A DNA stretch of 64,000 nucleotides from Marsupella aquatica. Lineage: Eukaryota; Plantae; Marchantiophyta. The position numbers were made by a program, and so were the translations under genes. Every line of letters starts with the position of its first letter. The first letter of the stretch is position 1. The stretch lies in contig OZ316892.1 of NCBI GenBank assembly GCA_973895155.1, forward strand, positions 17,970,357 to 18,034,356, read 5' to 3'. Of this stretch, positions 50,744-63,134 are shown piece by piece. A model generated the notes under the pieces. That model was not told the DNA's origin and made no database searches. It saw only the letters and a program-made list of their open reading frames with translations.

Positions 50744-53700
50744 ATGATGAACTTAGAAAAGTTGAGCTTTCAAGCGGTCACAATAGACAACGCAAACTAT
50801 TTATCCTGGTCCCTAGATATAGTTGCACACCTAATCACAAAAGATATTCATAACACAATCACAAACAACGGAGGCACAACACCACAGCACAATGCAAAAG
50901 CCTTAATATTCATCCGCCACCACTTGGTAGAACCCCTTAAACTCCAATACTTGAACAAAAACAACCCACACACTTTATGGGATGAACTAAAGGAGCAATT
51001 TGACCACACAAAGACAATCCATTTACCTTGGGCGAAACATGGTTGGGTAAACCTGCGGGTCCAAGACCACACATCCATAGCAGAATATAAATAATAGCAA
51101 ACTTTTCAGACTCACCTCCTAGTTAGCCCTATGTGGTCATCCTGTCAATGACGATGACCAAATTGAAAAGACTTTATCTACTTTCCATTCAACCAACATG
51201 ATCTTATCCGCCCAATACCATAACATGAAATTCATGAAATACTCTGAACTTATAGCACACTTGCTGCTAGCGGAAAAACACCAAGATTTGCTCCTCAAGA
51301 ATGCCAAGATGAGACCACCGGGCACACTACCGGTCACTTCCATGATCGAGACCCACTTTGGCAAAGCATCAAGGAATAGATGGAACTCACGCAATGATCT
51401 TAATGGAAACCGTGGTGAGAGATACACCCGTGGCGGCCAATCCTTCTGACGAGGCAGATTCTAGAACTTCGGGGGGAGCGGCCAAGGACAAGGAGCTGGA
51501 CGCAACAACCTCAACTACACGCAAGGACGGGAGCCGCGAGGAGGCCTACCAAAGAGCTACAATGGTAGAAGCTTGTTGAGTCAGAAGGGAAACAGGGGAA
51601 GTCAACCATCAAATGCTTTAGATGTGGGACATCTGAAAGGGCACCCACGAAGCTTTGTTGCATCCCTACACACTTAGTAGCTGCCTTATATAAGAGCACT
51701 AAGAATAAGACCACCAAGAGACGCATGACACCTTCCTAGAACCAGATGCACTCTTAGATGAATATGCGACCACAGATGCCATCGCAAAAGCCCATACGCT
51801 ATCTACCACACACGACCCTTTACCTAAGTTAGACAACATAAGAACTTGCATTGTAGACAGCGCGACATCACACACTATATTAAAGAGTCCCACATACTTT
51901 GAACAAATCACCCCCTCACAAAGACAAATGACCATAATTATGGGGAGTGAATCTTATATAGAAGAGGGACACGGCCCGACAACCATCAATTTGCCACAAG
52001 GAGCCACTACCCATATCAAGTCCGCTATATATGCACTGAGGGAAACACGAAACTTAATCAGTTTTAAGGATATCCGTGAGAACGGGTATCATATACACAT
52101 GAACATCGAGAAACAACAGGAAGTAATTCACATCATGAAAAACACTAATGACGGCATGGAAATAAAAGAAACACTTTTTGTGTACCACTTGGGCTTTTAT
52201 ATCACACAATTGCATGCCTTTCACATAGATGTCAATGCCCGGAATATTTATGAACTCTGGCATATGCGCTTAGAACATCCAGGAACAAATATGTTTCACC
52301 GCATAAAGCAGGTAACACGAGGCATTCCCGCACTGTAGCTCACAACTGACCATGCATGGCATGCTCCCAAGGGAAGCTAGTACAAGTTAGATCATCAATA
52401 TCTAAGACCATGTACATGAGATGCCAAAATTCTTAGAGAGGGTACATGCTGATGTATGTGGTCCTATAGAACCACCTAGCGGACCATTTTGCTTCTTCTT
52501 AGTAATGATTGACATGCCCTCTAAATGGTCGTAGGTGTCATTATTATCCACAAGGAACATGGTTTTTCCTTGTCTGTTAGCCCACATCTTAAAACTAAAA
52601 GTGCAATTCCCAGACAACCCCATCAAGACAATTAGGGTTAATAATGCTAGAAAATTTACCTCAAAAACATTTGAGGATTTATGCATGGCACCCGAGATAG
52701 ACAAACAATAGTACCCCGTAGCACATGTCCATTTTCAAAATGGGATTGCGGAATCTGTTATCAAGCGCATACAGATGATAACAAGACCATTATTGATACA
52801 ATCACAATTACGTGAGAACGCTTGGGGACGCGCGATACTACATGCAACATCACTACTCAGATACCGTCCATGTGCATACAACACCTTGACACTACACCAA
52901 TTAGCATTTGGGACTGATCTTGATTTATTTCATATACGCACATTTGGATGTCAAGTGTTGGTTCCCATCGTGAGACCTAAGCGTACAAAGATAGGTCCAC
53001 AACGACAAAAAAAGGATTTATATTGGGTTTCATTCATCAACAATTATCCGCGCTACCTAGCTAGAGCCATCCACAGCGGATGTATTCCAAGCGAGATTTG
53101 TTGATTTTCACTTTTACAAGGACATTTTTCCCCAATTATTCATGGGAAACAACCATTTGAGAGACCTCAAGAACTGGAGTTAAGATGACAAATTAACTCT
53201 ACATCTTCGAACGACCCACAAACACAACAATGCAAAGATGAAGTCACCATCTCATATAATTAACACATATAGTGGAGCACATGCCAGATGCATTTACTAA
53301 CATTTCACAGCTTACACGTTCATATATATCTGCTGCAAATGCCTCTGCCCGTTTACAAAAGTCGTTATATAAATCCATACCTCTGGCCAATGATGGATAT
53401 GTTGTCCAAATCATGAGATCATTGTCGTGATAATTTAATTATTCATAAGAAATCACTATCATTAAGTATATCATTAAGTATATAGATTAAATTTATATTT
53501 TACTATGAGATAACTAAATAGTTTTACTATTAGTTATGTGTATGCAAGGTAAACAATTATGCAAGTCACAAGATGCATGCACAAATTGCTTTATTTACAT
53601 GTATTAGTTATTTTATGTGCATGCAAAGTGAACAAATGTGCAAGTCACAAAGTGCATGCATAAATTATTTTAGATGCATGTAAATTATTTTATTTGCATA

Positions 53701-55983
53701 CATTAGTTATTTTATGTGCATGCAAAGTGAGCAAATGTGCAAGCCACAAGATGCATGCATAAATTATTTTATTTGCATGCCTCAGTTATTTTATGCGCAT
53801 GCAAGGCGAGTAAATGTGCAAGCCACAAAATGCATGCACAAATTGTTTTATTTGCATGTCTTAGTTATTTTATGCGCATGCAAGGTGAGCAAATATGCAA
53901 GTCACAAGGTGTATGCATGCACAAATTGTTTTAGATGTATGCAGTAGTTATTTTACTTGCATGCATAATTTGTTTTGATTGCAATAATACTAGCACACAT
54001 TCCTACATTGGATGTGTGTCATTTGGCTTTCATCCAAGCATTTGGGCGTAATCCATGCTCTTTTGGATTCAGTAAAAATAAAGTGGTGAGGGACACTCTT
54101 TCCTCATTCCCATATTTTGATAATTTATGCGTCGAAGCGATCCTCTTTTCATCTTTCATCTTTTTCTTCTATTATTTGCCTTATGTATATAGTAGTGGAG
54201 CGTCCTTTGGCCCAAATAACAAAAGAATGAGTGGTAGACTTGTAGATGGAACTTTAGAGAACAAAGTCTCTTTGGGAACTTAGGGGTGGGGCATCCTTTG
54301 GCCCGGATAACAAAAAAACAAAAGAGTCATTATGAATCCAAGAGGGAAATATATCCATAATCTTCCTCTTCGTAACCCATTTTTGGTTAGAGTCTATCTT
54401 TTAGACAAGTCATGCATGAGGCAATATTTAACCTATCACTTTGGAGCTCAATTTGCAGCTGCTATTATGAGTTCTAATGAGCCAATAGTATACCCAATAG
54501 TGTCTTACCAAGAGGAGTGAGAGTGCATTATCTTTGTGCTCTATTGAAGTCATGGATCTAAATAGGAGTCCATATGACATTCCTATTTTATTTTCTTTTG
54601 GAGATAGTAGGATCATATGTCCTAGAAAAATTAGTTTTCGAGAGGTGTTGATCCACAAATATGATGAAATAGGATTTAATAGTATATTAGTTTCACTTGA
54701 ACCTTTCTTAATACCCATTACTCTTCTTACAAGATTAATCATTTTGGTTTTAGTGTACAACTTATGAGCATGCAAGGTTAACTTCATAAGAGCCAACATG
54801 CTCTTATTGGAAAACACGGTCACCCAAACATCATTACATGGACTAAAGCAAAGCAGAAGAATATGATACCAAAGATTTCAAGATGAGATGTTACAAATGG
54901 GATTGATAAATGAAGATATAGCAACATTCTTATTCATCAAGAACCAAGATAAAGAATTCATCATCATCATCATATACGTTGATGATATAAACCTATTTGG
55001 ATACATAATGTTAATTAAACATACCACTAACATGCTAACCAGATCATTTGAAATGAAAGACTTCCAGGGCAAAACCCATTAAGCTATCTAGGTCTACAAT
55101 TTGAATACTTGGATAACGACATATTCTTACACCAGAGTACCTATACCACCAAGATACTTAAACAATTTCATATCGACTCTGCACATCCTGTAACCTCTCC
55201 AATGTAGATACTATCTCTTGATCAAGATAAAGATGTTTTGGAAACGCACAGAGTGAACCTGTGCTGGGACCAAAGAAACCTTATTTATTGGCCATTGGAG
55301 CCTTAATGTTTTTAGCTAACCAAACCAGACCTGACATGCATATCTTTTGCCATGCACTTGTTGGCTTGACATAGTGCACACCCCACTATACGCCATTGGA
55401 ATGGAGTTAAACAAATTTTTAGATATTTAAAAGGAACTGTTGATATGAGACTATATTTTTCTAATCACACTGATCCAAAATTAACAGGATATGCAGATGC
55501 TGGTTACTTATCCGACCCCAATGATGCCAAATCCTAGATTAGATATGTATTTTTATATGAAATTATAGCAATATCATGGAAAAGCACTAAACAAACTTTA
55601 ACTTGCACTTCATCAAACCACAGCAAAATAATTGCATTATATGAAGCAAGTCGAGAATGTGTATGGTTACAAAGAATTATCGACCATATTAATACTAACT
55701 ATGGGTTACCAACATTAACCCAACCCATAATTTATTCGAAGACAACCTTGCATGTGTTGAACAAATGTCAAAAGGTTTCATCAAAGGCGACAGGATCAAG
55801 CACATTGCATCGAAGTTTTTCTTCACTCATTAGCAAGAAGGCGACACCATCAACGTAAAGGCAATTGCGAGCAAGGATAATCATGCTGACTTATTTACAA
55901 AGCCTTTAACTCCATCAACACACCAAGTTCACTGTCAAGGCATTGGCATGAGAAAACTGTCTAAACTTCAAGAATATAATTAG
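50744..55983 (+). pseudogene. gag-pol of Bianca-type element B
   Basis: MMNLEKLSFQAVTIDNANYLSWSLD gag start, CIVDSATSHTIL protease, LWHMRLEHPG and HADVCGPI integrase, IYVDDINLFG RT, GYADAGYLSDP RNase H. Many stops, frameshifts and inserts. Confidence 0.9.
53530..53970. repeat. ~79-bp AT-rich tandem array (about 5 units) inside element B
   Basis: Unit anchor tgcaa(a/g)g(t/c)... recurs at 53543, 53622, 53721, 53800 and 53879. Rich in TGCATGCA palindromes. Confidence 0.9.
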
Positions 55984-56256
55984 ACACTCATAATTATTAC
56001 CATATGATAGATTTACATGTGTAAAAGGTGGTTAGACTCTTTCTCTCGCATGAATAAGAGAGAGTTTTAATGAGGCAACATCTTCTTAACAAAACACTGA
56101 TGATATAGTTGGAGAATATCACCATAGACTAATACTCATAGAGTTGCTTGTGTTAGACTCTACCTCCTATTGACCGGACCAACCAGTCATCCGACACTAC
56201 TACATGTACACACCTTTCCAGACTATACGACGGTTATTGACATTTACATTATCACA

Positions 56257-56270
56257 CGTTATCAGCACGA
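56257..56270 (+). other. Primer binding site CGTTATCAGCACGA (half-tRNA-Ile type)
   Basis: Directly follows the 5' LTR CA end and does not begin with TGG. Complementary to the anticodon arm of plant tRNA-Ile(IAU) as I recall it (UCGUGCU-I-AUAACG). Confidence 0.8.
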
Positions 56271-57867
56271 GAGCTCAACCACCAGAGCAAAGGAGAAAGA
56301 AAAAAACTATGAAAGATTGAGCAATTTTAAGTGGCGAATGGTGAAGAATCTAATTGAACAGGACTATGGCGAATGAAGGCAAATGAAGGCGAATGAAGAG
56401 TCGAAGCAGAAGTGCAAACGAGATCACCAAAGGAAGAATGAGCACACAGAAGTAAAAGAAGGAGGCCATGAATTTTTTCGAAGGGCTATGGAGATTGAAA
56501 GAAAGCATTGAATAGAAAAAGCAGACCATAAGGAACATTCAACGGCTTTGGATCAATACGGATCGAGAACACAATGTGGAGCCGCATGCTGCAAAGTAAA
56601 TTGATAAGGAGAGCATCAAAAATTGAGGATTGCACTGAGTAGGATTCGAAGAGAAATCCATAAGGACCCCGCAGACACTCAATGTCAATTGAAAAAGTCC
56701 CAAAAGAGAAGAAGGAAACACAAGAATTGATCCTTACGCTAGTAGCAAGAAAAATTGATAAAAGCGAAAGAGCGATCGAGAAGGGGGCACTGCGAGGACC
56801 GATTCCTCCAGAAGATCATCGTGAGAGGACTTAGAAAGAGAAAATACACATTAATGGAGGAGCGGAACTGACAAAAAGAGCAAATACGGATAGACCAGGC
56901 GAGAGAGAGGCGCAAAAGAAGATCAAGGATTGTAATCCCCAAAATTGCAGTACGCACCAGAGAGAGAAGGACAAGTGGAGACCGATCGTCTGGCAGGGAG
57001 AAACATTTTCGGCTTTCGATAGGCAGTACAACGGGCACGGGAAAGAACTCAAATTGAAGGAAGATAAGATTTTGAGGGACAACATAAGATCAGAGGAAAA
57101 AATTGTTGAATCAAGGAGAACAGTAAGCGCAGAAGGGTTACAAATTGAACCGCTGTAGAGATTAAAGGAAAACAAAGAAAATCTTTCCCAAAAGAGAAAA
57201 GCAGAAGGCCGATTGAAATCCGAAGACACAAGTGATGACCTCGGGATTGATCCAGCCAACTGGAACGAAGAACCATTGAGACCAAGAACTGGAGATAAAC
57301 CTGAAGGAGAAACGAATCTGATCAAAGGAGCTCGGGTGCAGGACGACACATCAACAAATCCCGTAACAAAAAATGTCAAAACATCGAGGAAACCTCAAAA
57401 ACACCCGCTAAGTGCATAACCCTCTCTAACTGCAAAATCCGTCAAAGAAATTTCAAATACAAAGGAAACGTTGCACTTAACCAAATAAGCACACATAACC
57501 GCAAAACCTTCATAACTGCACACTGTAACAAATAAAACTTCACTTTACATAGCCGCATGTGCACTTAACCGGAGTACGAGTAAATAATCACCCATAATTG
57601 CACAAATTGCAAAACTGCATTACTGCACAATTTAACAAAGGAAAGAGCAAATACAAAGGAAACTTTGCAGTTAACCAAATAACAAGGAAAACCTAAATCT
57701 TAAGTGCAAACCCTAAAATTGAATTCCAGATTTGCATGCCCTCTTCACCGAGACACACCCTGCATGCCGCATAAATATGCTTTGTTGACTTTTACTATAC
57801 GTACTAGTACATACACCCCAATTACCATTAAAAGGAACTTAGAAAGCTAGTGACATAGCAACCCTAG

Positions 57868-60800
57868 ATGGCCAACCTGGAGAAATTGACCTTCCCAGCT
57901 TTAGAAATCGATGGTAACAATTACCTAGAGTGGTCTATGAACCTCAAAGAAAACCTGACCTCTTTAACCCTAATCCCGGCTATAGGAATAGCTCAACCCA
58001 TACTAGTAGGCGAACCCCAACCAGACCCGTTAACCAAGGCCAATGAATCAAAGGCCCTAGTATTCCTTAGACGCCATATCCATAGGTTCTTGCAGAGACA
58101 ATACATGCATCTCTCAACCCCTCGCGAGCTATGGACCCGATTTGACCACCAAAAATTGGTTGAACTACCTAAAGCCAGGCAAGACTGGCTAAACCTGCGA
58201 GTCCAAGACTTTACCTCTATTTCAACCTACAATAGTGAACTCTTTAGAATAACATCAACCCTCGCACTATGTGGTGAGCCGGTCACAAACAAAGATCTAC
58301 TAGAGAAGACCTTGTCGATATTTCATTCATCGAATGTGTGGCTATCAACATAGTATTGAAACATGAAGTTTGGGCAATACTCCGAGCTCATAGCCCACCT
58401 CCTAGTCACCAAAAGAAACCAAGAACTTCTTTTTGTAAACTCTAGAAAACGACTTGCGGGCACAATGTCCTTAGGACAACAGAATGAAACCCATAACATA
58501 GAAAATGATGAACCCTCCACATCGAGGCAAGGCATTAAATGCACTAAGAATAGCAACCGGAGAAACACCCACAACAGGGGGAGTTTCTATAACCAACATC
58601 CACAATATAACTCCTAACGAACCTTTAGAGGACGTGGTGGACGAGAAGGACGTGGAGGACGAGGAGGATGAGGAGGACGTGGCGGACGCGGAGGACGCAG
58701 CGGTGGTAGAACATATAACAACAACCGTAGAAACGATTGGTCACAATCCCGACAACAACGGGAACGACCAAAATGCCATGAATGTGGCATGACAAACCAC
58801 CTAGCGAGAAACTGTAGAATCCCACAACACCTTAGAGATCTATACCAATGGTCCATCCAGGATGGACAAACCTCTAGGCCACCACCCTGTGAAACCCACG
58901 GGGCGTTCATGGAGTCTAGTGACCCATTCCAAGACTTTTCAGACCTACTTGTCCAACCCGAGGCACACTTAGTGGCAAGTAGCTCCACTACACCAGATTT
59001 AAATAGTCCAAGCACATGTATTATCGACAGTGCGACCACGCATACTATCCTCAGGGATAGACACCTTTTCCACAAGATTACACCTTCACGTAGATCCCTG
59101 ACCACTATAAATGGCCCTAGCCAAATAGAATAAGGCTTCGGCCCAGCTTCCATTAGACTACCGCAGGGTACAGCGATTCACATAGAATCTGCCATTTTTG
59201 CCCCGAACGCAACCCGTAATCTCCTCAGTTTTAGAGATATACGAGCAAACGGACTACATGTCCAGACGGGCGATACAATAGACCAGGAACTGATACACCT
59301 GGTTGAAAATACCCCTATGGGGAAAATCATTAAAGAAACCATTTTCTCGTACCCTTGCGGGTTTTATGTAACTCATATTGAATGCCTGCATAACAATGCC
59401 AACACAAGCGAATTGCATGCGCTTTGGCATGCACGCCTCGGCCACCCCGGCCAATCAATGCTAACCAAAATCATTAAAAATTCAAGAGGCATTCCAATCA
59501 ATACATGCCACATTCCAGCGAGCACCCCATGCACTGCATGCTCACGCGACAAACTAATAACAAGGCCCACGGCATCAAAATTGCCAACTAAAATACCTCA
59601 ATTCCTGGAAATCATCCATGCAGATGTTTGCGGGCCAATTAACCCTCCAAGCGGACCTTTCCGCTACTTTATGGTATTAATCGACGCATCAACTAAATGG
59701 TCAAATGTGACACTACTTTCAACGAGGAACACGGTTATGCCTCGTATCTTGGCACAAATTCTGCGCGTGAAGGCACAATTCCCAGATCACCCCATTAAGA
59801 CACTCAGGGTGGACAATGTAGGGGAATTCACATCCGAAACATTTGATGACTTTTGCACATCACTTGGCATAGACGTACAATATCCTGTACCTCACGTGCA
59901 TTTTCAGAATGGATTAGCTGAAGCGGTCATTAAACACCTTCAGTTAATCGCACGCCCACTACTAATGCAGTCGAAACTCCCAGTCTCAGCATGGGGACAC
60001 GCCATATTATAGGCTAATGCATTAATCCAATATCGCCCATCGGCTTTTAATACATATAGCCCATATCAAATTGCTAATGGTATCAAACCTGATCTATCAC
60101 ACCTTCGTTCATTTGGATGTCAAGTAATGGTCCCCATTACTCCACCCAAACGAACCAAGATGGGACCCCAACGACAGTTGGGGATATACATCGGATTCGA
60201 CTCACCGTCCATAATCCGATATATGGAGCCTACAACTGGCGACATTTTTAAAGCCAGATTTCTAGATTGTCATTTTGATGAACACATTTACCCACCATTA
60301 ATAACCCCTGAACACCCACAACCACCTTTGGAGTGGGAAAGACATTCGCCATTTTGGCAAGACCTTAGAACGAATCAAGGGGAGAAAGAAGTTCAGCGAA
60401 TTTTGCAACTCCACAAGATTGTGGAAGAACTTCCAGACGCTTTTGTCGATACATCACAAGTTACCCGCTCACATATCCCAGCTGCGAGAGCATCTGCTTG
60501 CATCAAACTATTAAGTGAGCCAGCAAGTACATCCCAACCTCGTACCAAACGTGGCAGACCTTTGGGATCAAAGGATAAAGGCGTGGTTCATCTATACCAC
60601 CTTCACCTAATGTCGATCATACCGAATCCACAACTCATGAAGAGATTTCTATCCACTACGCACACACCGGTACGATATGGGATAGAAATACTACTTCAAT
60701 AGATGATGCTTTTGCATTAATGGTGGCAACACATATCACAAGCGAAACACCCGAACCAATATCCATATTAGAATGCCAAAACAGATCAGATTGGCCTGAA

Positions 60801-62505
60801 TGGCAAAAATCTATCAATGGAGAATTAGATTCCCTACTAAGCAGACACACTTTTGGCCCAGTCGAGCCAACACCGCAAGACGTACACCTCATTGGCTACA
60901 AGTGGACATTCGTACGCAAAAGAAATGATAAAGGCCAAGTTGTACGCTATAAAGCACATCTGGTAGGGAAAGGATTTACCCAACAACCAAGAATTCATTA
61001 CGATGAAATTTACTCACCGGTTATGGATAGCACAACATTCCGATACCTTATCGGATTTGCCATTTTCCATAAACTATAAATGCGACAACTGGATGTTGCA
61101 ACCGCATATCTATATGAAACTTTAGACACTTGTCTATATCACCTCCCGAGTTGGAGCAACGTCGTCGAGCTTTAACTCAAGGCGCTAAATCGCATATCCC
61201 ATATTTACATAAAATTATAAAACAATTATCTCAAGTTACACCTCATGTGTCATCTACACATGTAACTCATAATAACGACACCGCTGTGTCAACCGTACGG
61301 AATACTCGCCGCGGACTAGCTATCCACGTGTTGAAGGCATTATATGGCCTAAACAAAGTGGCAGAGTATGGTATCAAAGATTTACTGATGAAATGATTAC
61401 CATGGGTTTTACCCATGATGCAATTACCCCATGTTTATTTATTAAACATATGGATGACGAATACGTCATCGTTTCTATCTATGTTGATGACTTAAACATA
61501 TTTGGGACACCCCAAATTACCGAAGATACTATTACTCGTCTTAAATCAACATTTGAGATGAAAGACCTTGGACATATAAACTTTTGCTTATGATTACAAC
61601 TGGAGATCTTACCTACTGGCATGATGCTCCATCAAACCACACAAACTGAAAAGATCCTAAAACAGTTCAATATGAACCTAGCACACCCATTGACGTCACC
61701 AATGGTTGTACGTTCATTAGAAAACAATACTGATGTTTTTCGCAAACGTGAAGAACATGAACCACTATTAGGACCAGAAACTCTGTATCTTTCTGCAATA
61801 GGAGCATTAATGTATCTAGCAAATCAGACACGACCAGACATTGCATTTGCAGTTAACTTACTAGCTAGACATAGTACAACTCCCACAACCAGACACTGGA
61901 ACGGAGTTAAACACGTATTTAGATATCTACGTGGAACCATCGATACCGGGTTATTTTACCCATTCGGTGCAAACCACGAGCTCATAGGATATGCGGATGC
62001 CGGATATCTCTCCGACACTGATACCGCAAAATCCCAAACTGGATATGTTTTTACCATAGGGGGTACCGCTTTTTCTTGGAAAAGCGTGAAATAGACCCTA
62101 ACAGCAACCTCATCGAATCACTCAGAAATCTTAGCTCTACATGAGGTTAGTCGTGAAGCCGTTTGGTTACGATCCTTTATAAACCATATCAACACCAAAT
62201 GCGGCCTACCACCACTAACGAAGCCTACTAACATTTTTGAGGATAACGTAGCATGTATACAGCAGATCACAAAAGGATTCATCAAAGGCGATCGCGTGAA
62301 GCATATAGCTCCGAAGTTTTTCTACACCCACGAACTACATGGAAAAGAGATCAACATTTTGCAGATTTCAAGTGCAGACAACTGTGCGGATCTCTTCACC
62401 AAATCCCTATCGCCATCAGTTCATCACCGATACTGCCAGACGATTGGACTACGGAGCATGCGACGCATGATGACCATGGAGGCTACTACTCCACATGATA
62501 CCTGA
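57868..62505 (+). pseudogene. gag-pol of Bianca-type element C (near complete, scattered stops and frameshifts)
   Basis: MANLEKLTFPALEIDGNNYLEWS gag, RGG repeats, zinc knuckle CHECGMTNHLARNC, CIIDSATTHTIL protease, integrase LWHARLGHPG / HADVCGPI / HFQNGLAE, RT IYVDDLNIFG, RNase H GYADAGYLSD...KHIAPKFF...ADLFTKSL. Confidence 0.95.
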
Positions 62506-62841
62506 TGATGCTGACGACATGATGCTTATGATATGCTGCTGACGACCGACTGATGAAACAGATGTTAAAGCTAGATTTACTATAGCATCTAACTTTATAC
62601 ACTATATGTACACTATTGACATTCATTACGACGAGGACTTTTAGGCTGCACTCTTTTTCCTTTAGCACTCATATTTTTCTCTGCTACACTGGTAGAGTTT
62701 TTACTAAGCTAGAGTTGATAAAGGTTTTTTAACGAGGCAGTCTACCTCGCTTGTACTTATATCATGTATTTTCTATGAACATGATATAATAGGTATAGTC
62801 TATGTTGTCTACATAGTTGTCACTATATATCCAAAGGGGAG

Positions 62842-62955
62842 TGTTAGACTCTACCTGGTGACCGGACGACTGGATCAGCCAGTCACCGGACCGGCACCAC
62901 TATATGTACCAACCACCACAAACTATACATGATTCATTCCATTCATACTCTCACA
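62842..62955 (+). repeat. Extra, divergent 114-bp LTR (LTR') inside element C
   Basis: Preceded by PPT AAAGGGGAG. Begins TGTTAGACTCTACCT like the C LTRs, diverges internally, and ends TCACA. No second copy seen in the window. Confidence 0.85.
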
Positions 62956-63134
62956 ATATAGTCTATGTTGTCTATATATATCCAAAGGGGAGTGTTAGAC
63001 TCTACCTCCTATTGACCGGACCAACCAATCATCCGACACTACTACATGTACACATCTTTCCAGACTATACGACCATTATTGACATTTACATTATCATAGC
63101 TTGCACTATCCGTGATAATACAATCAAAGGAGAG

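Larger units (their letters stand above)
56151..63098 (+). mobile_element. Full-length Bianca-type Ty1/copia element C nested in the 3' UTR of element B
   Basis: 106-bp LTRs at 56151-56256 and 62993-63098 with 5 mismatches by eye. TSD GCTTG at 56146-56150 and 63099-63103. PBS at 56257-56270, PPT at 62984-62992. Confidence 0.96.

Noticed and set aside
53530-53970. Tandem array as a CRISPR-like locus
   Set aside because: Contiguous degenerate units with no unique spacers, no cas genes and a eukaryotic context.
54530-54790. Minus-strand ORF inside B with faint resemblance to a LINE 3' zinc-finger region
   Set aside because: The diagnostic cysteines are absent, so it is too weak to call, although the segment does replace part of the RT of B.
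56739-57379. Hydrophobic antisense ORFs (99 and 182 aa) in the leader of C as a possible env-like or extra gene
   Set aside because: They are explained by extreme purine skew, which gives Leu/Ser/Phe-rich stop-poor antisense frames. No matching ORF was seen in A or B.
58614-59153. Antisense Pro/Arg-rich ORF
   Set aside because: It is the mirror of the RGG repeats in gag of element C.
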